Shown here piece by piece: positions 36,018-43,699 of a DNA stretch of 44,620 bases (the first letter of the stretch is position 1; every line of letters starts with the position of its first letter). The stretch comes from a bacterium. GTDB taxonomy: Bacteria; Bacillota_I; Bacilli_A; RF39; UBA660. Position numbers and translations under genes: made by a program. The stretch is from positions 1 to 44,620 of the forward strand of contig JAQXHT010000050.1 of the NCBI GenBank assembly GCA_029007415.1, written 5' to 3'. Under the pieces are notes generated by a model. The model had not been told where the DNA came from. It searched no databases and saw nothing but the letters and a program-made list of their open reading frames with translations.

Positions 36018-36842
36018 TTAATTATTATTTTTATATTTGAATAAGAAAGATGGTCTATGTCCTTCTCCAGTTTTCATTTTATCAGTTTTAACAACTTTAT
36101 CTTTAATAATTCTGCGAAAAGCTGGGTCTAATAATTTTTTATTTAATATTACTTCATATACTTGCTGTAATTCTCCTAAAGTAAAATACTCAGGCATCAT
36201 ATTAAAGACAATATCGGTATAATTTAGCTTATTCTTAATTCTTTCTAATCCTGATAAAATCACTAATGGGTGATCAAATGCTAAGTCTTTATTTTCTAAT
36301 ATTTCAAATTTATATCTATCGGTTGTTCTTTCACATAATTTCTTTTTAATAGAAAACTTAATTGTATCAGTTCCATTAGATAAAACCATATCTACCTTAT
36401 TTTGATTTTCTTCAAATAATACGATATCAAACCATGAAGCATTAGCATTAATTTTATCGGTCAATCTATTTTTATCTATTAAAGCTATATAAGAAGTAGA
36501 TACTACTCTTGTTCTAGGATCTCTATTAATATCATCAAAGGTATATAACTGTTCTAAGTATATTTCTTTAACATTTGTTTCTCTTTTTAAAACTCTTTTA
36601 GCACATTCTTCTAAAGTCTCGGTCTTTGGATTTAAAAATCCACCGGGTAAGCACCATTTATCTTTATAAGGATAATCATCTCTTTTAACTAATAAAATAC
36701 TCATCATTTTTTTATTAGTTTTGCGATAGTTTTCTTGCTTTTCTGACGAAACACTTATAAGTAAAATATCAACTGTCATTGATAATTGATCAAAAGCTTT
36801 TGGATTATAATGTTTTAAAAATTCTTCTTCGCTTTTATACAT
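36018..36842 (-). CDS. nrtR: NrtR-family Nudix-related transcriptional regulator
   Basis: N-terminal Nudix fold with a degenerate box (GGFLNPKTETLEECAKRVLKRETNV, lacking the EE pair). C-terminal winged-helix segment FTLGELQQVYEVILNKKLLDPAFRR...GHRPSFLFKY. Confidence 0.8.
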   Translation of the reverse strand: MYKSEEEFLKHYNPKAFDQLSMTVDILLISVSSEKQENYRKTNKKMMSILLVKRDDYPYKDKWCLPGGFLNPKTETLEECAKRVLKRETNVKEIYLEQLYTFDDINRDPRTRVVSTSYIALIDKNRLTDKINANASWFDIVLFEENQNKVDMVLSNGTDTIKFSIKKKLCERTTDRYKFEILENKDLAFDHPLVILSGLERIKNKLNYTDIVFNMMPEYFTLGELQQVYEVILNKKLLDPAFRRIIKDKVVKTDKMKTGEGHRPSFLFKYKNNN

Positions 36843-36859
36843 CTAACTTCTCACCCATT

Positions 36860-37981
36860 CTATAATAAATACCATAATTTTTCCTCATCTTTCATTACTG
36901 TCTTAACTATTCCACCACCAAGACAGTATTCACCATCATAAAAGACACAAGCTTGTCCAGGAGTAACTGCTTTAACATTATCATAAGTAACATAGATAGT
37001 TCCATCATCGTTATAAGTCAAATTAATCGGAACATCTTCTGCTCGGTAACGGAACTTAGCAGTACAATTAGTTGGTCTTTCCTCACAGTTAAAGTTAATG
37101 TCTTCAATTATAGCACCATTAGAGTATAAATATTTGTTATCTTCCCCTTCTGCTACATATAAGATATTTTCATCAAGATTTTTACCAACTACAAATAGTT
37201 TTTCTTTTGTTCCTCCGATATCTAAACCTTTTCTTTGACCGATGGTGTAATACATTAAACCTTGATGCTTACCAACTACTTTATTAGTATCAATATTGAC
37301 CATGTTGCCTTCTTTACTTGGTAAATAGTTCTTTAAGAAATTCTTGAAGTTTCTTTCACCAATGAAACAAATACCAGTTGAATCTTTTTTACTAGCAGTA
37401 ATTAAATCGTATTTTTTAGCTATTTCTCTTACTTCACTCTTCGTTTCGATGTCTCCTAGAGGAAATAAAACGTTTTCAAGCTGTTCTTTATTAAGTTGTG
37501 ATAAGAAATAAGTTTGATCTTTATTCTTTTCCTTACTACGCATAAGACGGCCGTTTTCCATTTTAGCATAGTGTCCTGTTGCTATATAATCAGCTCCAAG
37601 TCTCTTGGCTTCTTTTACAAAAGCGGAAAACTTAATATATTTATTACACATTATATCAGGGTTTGGTGTTCTACCTTTTTTTAATTCATCTAAAAAATAA
37701 GTAAAAACATCATCCCAATATTCTTTAATAAAATCGATTCTATATAAAGGTATACCAATTTTATCTGCTACTTTTTTAGCATCATTATAATCTTGCTCTT
37801 GGGGACAAATTGATTCATTTAGATTAGGATTACCTAAAAAATCGTTATTAATAGTACTATCCCAATTACGCATAAAAAGACCAATAACATCATATCCTTG
37901 TTCTTTTAAAAGAATAGCAGCAACAGACGAATCTACTCCTCCACTTAGACCAACAACTACTTTCTTACTCATATACATCAC
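36860..37981 (-). CDS. mnmA: tRNA 2-thiouridine(34) synthase
   Basis: PP-loop [10 protein letters not shown], about 370 aa. The true start is probably one of the ATGs at 37978 or 37972. TGCTATAAT extended -10 just upstream. Confidence 0.93.
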   Translation of the reverse strand: MMYMSKKVVVGLSGGVDSSVAAILLKEQGYDVIGLFMRNWDSTINNDFLGNPNLNESICPQEQDYNDAKKVADKIGIPLYRIDFIKEYWDDVFTYFLDELKKGRTPNPDIMCNKYIKFSAFVKEAKRLGADYIATGHYAKMENGRLMRSKEKNKDQTYFLSQLNKEQLENVLFPLGDIETKSEVREIAKKYDLITASKKDSTGICFIGERNFKNFLKNYLPSKEGNMVNIDTNKVVGKHQGLMYYTIGQRKGLDIGGTKEKLFVVGKNLDENILYVAEGEDNKYLYSNGAIIEDINFNCEERPTNCTAKFRYRAEDVPINLTYNDDGTIYVTYDNVKAVTPGQACVFYDGEYCLGGGIVKTVMKDEEKLWYLL

Positions 37982-38036
37982 TCATTTCTTGCTTAATTAT
38001 AGCAAAAAAAAGGAGTTTTGTACACTCTGTCTGTAG

Positions 38037-38666
38037 TTATAGCAAAAATAATTTCAAAAAACTTGGCATAAAGAAAGTATCAAACAAGCTACAGCATCCT
38101 GCTACTACAATACTAACTAATAATACTTGTAAATATCTTTTCATTGAGTGTCTTAGTGATATATCTTGTTTTAAAAATAAATAGCTAAATAATTTTTTAG
38201 AAAAGAAAGCTGAAGAGAATCCTAGAAAAATTAAATATAATAAGAGTACGATTGGTCCTGGTATTAAGTAGCAAACCGCTAATATAATACCTTTAAATTT
38301 ATAGGTAGTAAGAATAGATACTATAGAAAAACTTAATAAAAAGCCTTTTCCAAAGCATAATATATAAATGAGTGGTAAACCAATAATAGAAATACCTAAA
38401 AGCCAGATGAGTATAACTAGAGATAAATTTCCTATCAAGCTATTAAATAACATTGGTATATAATTTATATCATTTTTCTTAATAGCATCAAAAAAACTAT
38501 TCAATTGATTGGTTATTAAAGTATGATCACTTTTTGATAAAATTAAGTTATAGATAATTCCTGAAATAATTCCTAGTGCAATAGTTATAATAATCGATAA
38601 GTAGATTTTTTTCTGTTCATAAAGCTTATTTTTTACTTTTTTACTTGCTTCATTCATTAATATCAC
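38037..38666 (-). CDS. spoIIM: Stage II sporulation protein M
   Basis: LVILIWLLGISIIGLPLIYILCFGKGF closely matches the B. subtilis SpoIIM core (ALIWILGISIIGLPLIFIMIFLKGV) as I recall it. About 209 aa, polytopic. Confidence 0.82.
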   Translation of the reverse strand: MILMNEASKKVKNKLYEQKKIYLSIIITIALGIISGIIYNLILSKSDHTLITNQLNSFFDAIKKNDINYIPMLFNSLIGNLSLVILIWLLGISIIGLPLIYILCFGKGFLLSFSIVSILTTYKFKGIILAVCYLIPGPIVLLLYLIFLGFSSAFFSKKLFSYLFLKQDISLRHSMKRYLQVLLVSIVVAGCCSLFDTFFMPSFLKLFLL

Positions 38667-38713
38667 CCTTAGTAAAGCTTATTCTAAATATTTAGTAACT
38701 TGTTAATTTTTCT

Positions 38714-38742
38714 TTTACAAAAAGTGACTTTTTTTATATAAT
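38714..38742 (+). promoter_or_regulatory. Sigma-A type promoter
   Basis: TTTACA, 17-nt spacer, TATAAT, 19 nt upstream of the small ORF at 38762. Confidence 0.5.
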
Positions 38743-38761
38743 TATGTTAGAGGTGAACAAG

Positions 38762-38851
38762 ATGAATAAGTTTATGAAAATTATGTCTGTTATCTTAGTA
38801 GTAGCAGTAATTGCTAGCTTTCTAAGCGTTATTATTTACTATGTTATTTAA
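38762..38851 (+). CDS. 29-aa hydrophobic peptide
   Basis: MNKFMKIMSVILVVAVIASFLSVIIYYVI. AGAGGTG RBS 6 nt before the ATG. Overlaps the convergent 101-aa gene by 8 nt. Confidence 0.35.
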   Translation: MNKFMKIMSVILVVAVIASFLSVIIYYVI

Positions 38852-39149
38852 TATCAATAAATCCTTCTATTTCAGGTGTTATCTCACCGACTAGTAATTG
38901 ATTATTATAATATTTTATAATAATATCATTTAATCTTTCTTTGTCATTGGCAAGAGATAAAACAACTAGTCCTGCTATTCTATCAGAAATATACTGATTT
39001 AATCTAACTCTTTCACTAGGTGATACTTTATATCTATCAAATATTTCATTTATTGGGCTATTTTCATATATATAATTGACATAACTTTTAGTAATCATGT
39101 CAATTTTTTTGTCTTTTTTCAAAAATCTAACACGTTTCCAAACCTTCAT
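38844..39149 (-). CDS. Hypothetical 101-aa protein
   Basis: ORF with an AAGGA RBS 9 nt before the ATG. No domain recognised. Confidence 0.55.
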   Translation of the reverse strand: MKVWKRVRFLKKDKKIDMITKSYVNYIYENSPINEIFDRYKVSPSERVRLNQYISDRIAGLVVLSLANDKERLNDIIIKYYNNQLLVGEITPEIEGFIDIK

Positions 39150-39275
39150 TTTATCAAATCCTTTACAAGTACTATATTATACCATATCAGTGAAATAACT
39201 GGTAGATATTTACTCTATTTTTTTTGAAATTTTAGTCATAATAATAATGTAGCCTACTAAAAGGAGATGATTATC

Positions 39276-40325
39276 ATGAATTTTTTTAAAAATAAAAAAT
39301 GTAAGCTACAATATTTTCTCCTTCTTTTATCTATATTTATTATTCCCTTAAATGCTTTAGCTTATTCTAATTATATTATCCCAGGCGGAGAAACCGTCGG
39401 TATTGAAGTAAATTCTAAAGGTGTATTAGTTGTTGGTTTTTACAAAGTACAAGATGAATATATTGGAAAAGATGCTGGCTTTTTAGTGGGGGATAAAATC
39501 GTTTCAATTAATAATCAAAATATAACTACTATTGAAGAAATGGTGAATATTGTTAATAAAGAAGCGACGAACAAAAAGTTAGATGTAACTATTGAACGTA
39601 ACAGTAAGACTTCTACTCTACCTTTAGATCTTGTCTGTGAGAGTGATAGTGTTTGTAAGACGGGACTTTATGTAAAAGATGAAATAACGGGTATCGGAAC
39701 ACTTACTTATATTGACCCAGAAACTAAAATTTTCGGAGCATTAGGACACGAAATCTTAGAAAAAACAACGGGTGAAAAGTTTGAAATTAAAGATGGCAAG
39801 ATATTTAAAGCTGATGTAACTAGTACTACTAGAAGTAGTAATGGATCTCCTGGAGAGAAAAATGCTATTTATGATAAAAGCACTATTTATGGTAAAGTAA
39901 CTACTAATGAGAAATCTGGTATTTTTGGGAAATATCAAGATACTTTTCCTAGCAATGATACTTTAAAAGTAGCTAGTAAAAATGAAGTAGTTAAAGGTAA
40001 GGCTACTATCAGAACAGTTTTAAATGGTAGTGATATTAACACTTATGAAATAAACATTCTAGAAGTTAATAAAAACAGTGATACTAAAAATATTTTATTT
40101 GAAATAACCGATTCTAAGCTTCTTGAAGAAACTGGTGGTGTCATTCAGGGAATGAGTGGTTCACCTATTATTCAGAATAACAAAATTATCGGTGCAGTAA
40201 CCCATGTTATTGTAAGTGATACAAAGAAAGGATATGGTATTTTTATAACGACAATGCTTGAAGAAGGAGACAAAAAAGGTGCTAGTAGTGGTTCTTCCGA
40301 TAGTTTGTCTAAAAACTATCATTAA
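39276..40325 (+). CDS. spoIVB: SpoIVB peptidase (S55), with the last 11 codons supplied by an IS terminal repeat
   Basis: PDZ-like segment, GIGTLTYIDPETKIFGALGHEI and the catalytic-Ser region QGMSGSPIIQNNKIIGAVTHV. The ATG at 39276 is 9 nt after AAGGAG. Confidence 0.85.
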   Translation: MNFFKNKKCKLQYFLLLLSIFIIPLNALAYSNYIIPGGETVGIEVNSKGVLVVGFYKVQDEYIGKDAGFLVGDKIVSINNQNITTIEEMVNIVNKEATNKKLDVTIERNSKTSTLPLDLVCESDSVCKTGLYVKDEITGIGTLTYIDPETKIFGALGHEILEKTTGEKFEIKDGKIFKADVTSTTRSSNGSPGEKNAIYDKSTIYGKVTTNEKSGIFGKYQDTFPSNDTLKVASKNEVVKGKATIRTVLNGSDINTYEINILEVNKNSDTKNILFEITDSKLLEETGGVIQGMSGSPIIQNNKIIGAVTHVIVSDTKKGYGIFITTMLEEGDKKGASSGSSDSLSKNYH

Positions 40326-40349
40326 GTAGGTTGAAATATACCTGCTTTT
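40290..40349. repeat. IS terminal inverted repeat (left in window coordinates)
   Basis: Exact reverse complement of 42188-42247, checked base by base. Confidence 0.9.
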
Positions 40350-42097
40350 ATGATGCCAAAATATCTTCTACTATAGTTGAAATGTCAAAATCATCCAAAG
40401 TTGACATGAAACTTATGTAACTTCTCTTTAAAAGGTTGCATAATTTTGATTTTCCATATACAATACGTTTGATAAGTTTAAATTTGTTGTTGTTACCTTC
40501 AACAAATCCAGAATTTATTTCATAAGATATTGCATTTTTGATTGGGGCAATATCTTTTTTTAATCCATTGCAAAATGGTGTAACATCATCTTGATACGTT
40601 TTTATGAATTCATCAAGATTATTAGGGGATGCACTAAACATCACATCATGAAAATCTTTAAATAAAGATTGTACTTTTTTAGCTATTGGATATTTTTCAT
40701 ATATTAATTCTATATTTTTTTCAACTTTCGAATTTTTGACTTTATTTCTATCTATCGTTAGTAAATATTTTAATAGCTCTTGCCTTGTTATAATCTCCAC
40801 ATCAGATGGATATTCAAGCCTTAAAAATGTTGTTTTCTCTTCATAATTATCCCCTTGTTTTTGGCAACTAAATTAATGTAATTAGCAAGATATCTATCTG
40901 ATGCTTTTCGCAACCTTTTAACTTTACGTAAGCAAATATGTATTCTTGTGAAATATTATCATTTAACATTTTATTAACAATATTACTATAATCATCCATT
41001 TTAGTTTTTCCTTTATTGTATAATCTTATTTTATCAATATCGTTTACTTCTTCAGCGGACATTCTTAAATATTTACGAAGTGATGTAACTGATATTTTAA
41101 ATTCTGTAGCAAGCTCTTTAAGAGTATAACTAGGATTATTTTTTGATAGTTCTCTTAATTTTATTACCATTTGTTTCTTTTCAATTCTTCTTTGTTTCTG
41201 TTCTATGTATTGCTTTGAATCAAAATTCCTCAGTTTATTGTCATAAACTATCTCATTTCCGTCTTTATCAATTGGAATTGAATTATCATAATTAAGTGTT
41301 TCTAAAACTTTAGAATCAATATTAGCTAATTCTTTTGTTACCTTTGCTACTGGCTTGCCTGTTATTCTTCCATCTTTTATAAAAATTTTTTCTGGTATTT
41401 CACTATAGAATATGTCTTTTATATTTTCTATTAAATTTTGAAATAAATGAAATCTATCTGCTACTTGAACACAATTGGGAATAACATTGTTAATAGCTGT
41501 TGCATAAGCACTGGCTCTATCTCTAGCAACTGTTCTTATTTTTGGATGCTCTTTCAACCAATCTTCAAATGTTTTAGCATCTCTTCCTTCTAACAATGTT
41601 ATGAGATGATGCTCTTTAAGATCATATATAGCTGTTACATATTTTTGACCTTTTCTTATTGCAACATCATCTACTCCAATTTCTTCTATATCAGCATCAT
41701 CCTTAATTACAATATTACTAATGATTTTGTCTACTACATCAGCACTTACACTTGCTCCTAACAAAGACAATATTAATGAGGTTGCAGTAGAACTTAAAAA
41801 AATAGCTAAAGTTAGTATGAACTGAATAAAATTATCAGTCTTTACCTTATTTTTTCTTGCAAATGGCAATACCTCATCAAAATATTTTTTATCACAAATT
41901 TCATTAGTGCATAGATATTTGTGAGCATGAACATGTAACCATATAGATTCGAAATTATATGGAATATCTTCAATATCCCTATAATAAGTACTCACATTAT
42001 TTACTTCACTAACTTTCGAACATTCAGGACATTTGCAACTAGACACTTCTGATTCAATATCCAAAATTACCTTTATAAACTGATTCTCTTTTTTCAA
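40348..42097 (-). pseudogene. ISL3-family transposase split into two frames
   Basis: ORF 40868-42097 has the CPEC zinc finger, GVDDVAIRKG, ARDRASAY and ADRFHLFQN. ORF 40348-40800 has SGFVEGNNNKFKLIKR. The second frame is open back to 40872 and overlaps the first stop by 5 nt, so one indel would fuse them. The first ORF starts at a TTG with no obvious RBS. Confidence 0.6.
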
Positions 42098-42187
42098 TTA
42101 TTTTATAAGCATCAGTATAATATGTATTTACTTCGTACATTTTTGACTCCATTATATTCTATATATTTATAATATAAGGATACACAA

Positions 42188-42247
42188 AAAAGCAGGTATA
42201 TTTCAACCTACTTAATGATAGTTTTTAGACAAACTATCGGAAGAACC
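42188..42247. repeat. IS terminal inverted repeat (right in window coordinates)
   Basis: Exact reverse complement of 40290-40349. Confidence 0.9.
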
Positions 42248-42403
42248 CTAGTAATTAGCATCTTTTTACTTTGACATAGAACTAAAATGGAATCATAGTT
42301 TTAGAACAATATATATTGGCAAACTTTAAATCACGTACTCTTTTATTTTTAACTTCTTGTTAATGCAACATATAATTTATTAATAGAAATCTTGATTTAA
42401 TTA

Positions 42404-43144
42404 CTATTCGCTATCTTCTAAAAAATAATTTGCCATTTTCTCATAATTATCTTGACTATTTAAACAAGTATCAATTAAGTATCCTTTTTCATTATTTATT
42501 TGGTATTCTTTAATTCCTCTTATATAAAAATCTTTATTTCTATCTTCAATAAAGAAAGGCATTATATTATTACACAAACATTCTCTAAACATTATCATTC
42601 TTCCAACACGACCATTTCCATCTTGAAAAGGATGAATTTTTTCAAATCTAACATGAAATTCAATAATATCTTCAATAGTTTTAGTAGATATTTTATCGTA
42701 CCAATTTAACAATTCTTTCATATCATTTGCTACATTACTTGGTAAAGATGTTGTAATATTGCCAACAAAATTTTTCTTCTTTTTATATTCACCAACATTA
42801 AACCATTCTTTTTCACTATTAGTTAAAGTTCCGTTTTTTAAGATAAAATGGAATTTTTTTATCATATCTCCAGTTAATTTATCATCAATGGTATCTAACA
42901 TATATTTAAATAAAGTAAAATGATTTTTTGTTTCAGTAGCATCTTTTAAAACAATAACCTTATCACTACTCGTTAAAATCGTTCCTGTGTCATAAATACT
43001 TGCAGTTTCATCTGGCGTTATTGTAGATCCTTCAATATGATTTGTATTATAGGCGAAATCAAGTTGAGTCTTATGATAAAGATTACCAGATAAGTCAATA
43101 TTTTTTTGTTCTATTAATGCCTTCTTTATTTTACTTACTTCCAT
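42404..43144 (-). CDS. fic: Fic family protein (class II, built-in inhibitory motif)
   Basis: Fic motif HPFQDGNGRVGR. N-terminal TNHIEG fits the [ST]xxxE[GN] inhibitory helix motif. Confidence 0.9.
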   Translation of the reverse strand: MEVSKIKKALIEQKNIDLSGNLYHKTQLDFAYNTNHIEGSTITPDETASIYDTGTILTSSDKVIVLKDATETKNHFTLFKYMLDTIDDKLTGDMIKKFHFILKNGTLTNSEKEWFNVGEYKKKKNFVGNITTSLPSNVANDMKELLNWYDKISTKTIEDIIEFHVRFEKIHPFQDGNGRVGRMIMFRECLCNNIMPFFIEDRNKDFYIRGIKEYQINNEKGYLIDTCLNSQDNYEKMANYFLEDSE

Positions 43145-43205
43145 TTTTCTTGTCTCCTTTTGAAATTAATTCTACTTTTTCATATTTGTTTCATTGAGTA
43201 TTTTA

Positions 43206-43463
43206 TTATGCTTTAAATTTATCTTTAACACTTTTAACATCTACTAGTTCGAAACGATACTTTTGCTCTACAGTAGGATATTTATTGTGATCAACTTCAC
43301 TTAGAAACATTTCTACTGGTCTTACCCATAATGAACCGTCGTCATATAATCTACGATATACGACCATTTCTTTATGTGTTTCTGAATCAGTTGCTATATC
43401 TTCTACAAGATAATAATCACCTTTAAAATGACGATATATTCCATGTATTACTAAACTATTCAT
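43206..43463 (-). CDS. DUF1653 domain protein
   Basis: YRHFKGDYYLV...VVYRRLYDDGSLWVRPVEMF pattern. Its start overlaps the xseB stop by 8 nt. Confidence 0.75.
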   Translation of the reverse strand: MNSLVIHGIYRHFKGDYYLVEDIATDSETHKEMVVYRRLYDDGSLWVRPVEMFLSEVDHNKYPTVEQKYRFELVDVKSVKDKFKA

Positions 43464-43686
43464 TTACATCTCCTGCAAATTCTTTGATAGTACCATCTTC
43501 ACCAACTATTTCTGTTAGGGCTTTTTCGGCATCTTTTAAATCTTTATCGCAATCTTTGGCTAATTTCATTGCTTCGGTAAAACTTTTTATCGCCTGATCA
43601 AGTTCAACTTCCCCATTTTCTAAAGATTTAACAAGATTTTCTAATTCACTCATTTTTTCTTCAAACTTTTTTTCTTTATTTTCCAT
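43456..43686 (-). CDS. xseB: Exodeoxyribonuclease VII small subunit
   Basis: FEEKMSELENLVKSLENGEVELDQAIKSFTEAMKL. ATG at 43686 is preceded by AGAGGTG. Confidence 0.9.
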   Translation of the reverse strand: MENKEKKFEEKMSELENLVKSLENGEVELDQAIKSFTEAMKLAKDCDKDLKDAEKALTEIVGEDGTIKEFAGDVNE

Positions 43687-43699
43687 ACACACACCTCTT

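Larger units (their letters stand above)
40290..42247 (-). mobile_element. ISL3-family insertion sequence, 1958 bp
   Basis: 60-bp perfect terminal inverted repeats starting GGTTCTTCCG, an ISL3-type DDE transposase between them, and flanking 8-bp near-direct repeats CTAGTAGT (40282-40289) / CTAGTAAT (42248-42255). Confidence 0.88.

Noticed and set aside
39150-39266. Forespore sigma (F/G)-type promoter upstream of spoIVB, suggested by a CATAATA -10-like sequence.
   Set aside because: No acceptable GxATA-type -35 element at 17-18 nt upstream. CATAATA alone is expected by chance in this composition.
42098-42150. Short upstream ORF (MESKMYEV..., 32 codons) overlapping the transposase start in another frame, suggesting a second frameshift in the IS.
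   Set aside because: The TTG-initiated frame already begins with the FIKVILDIES segment that normally lies at the very N-terminus of ISL3 transposases, so no extra N-terminal exon is needed. The short ORF has no RBS.
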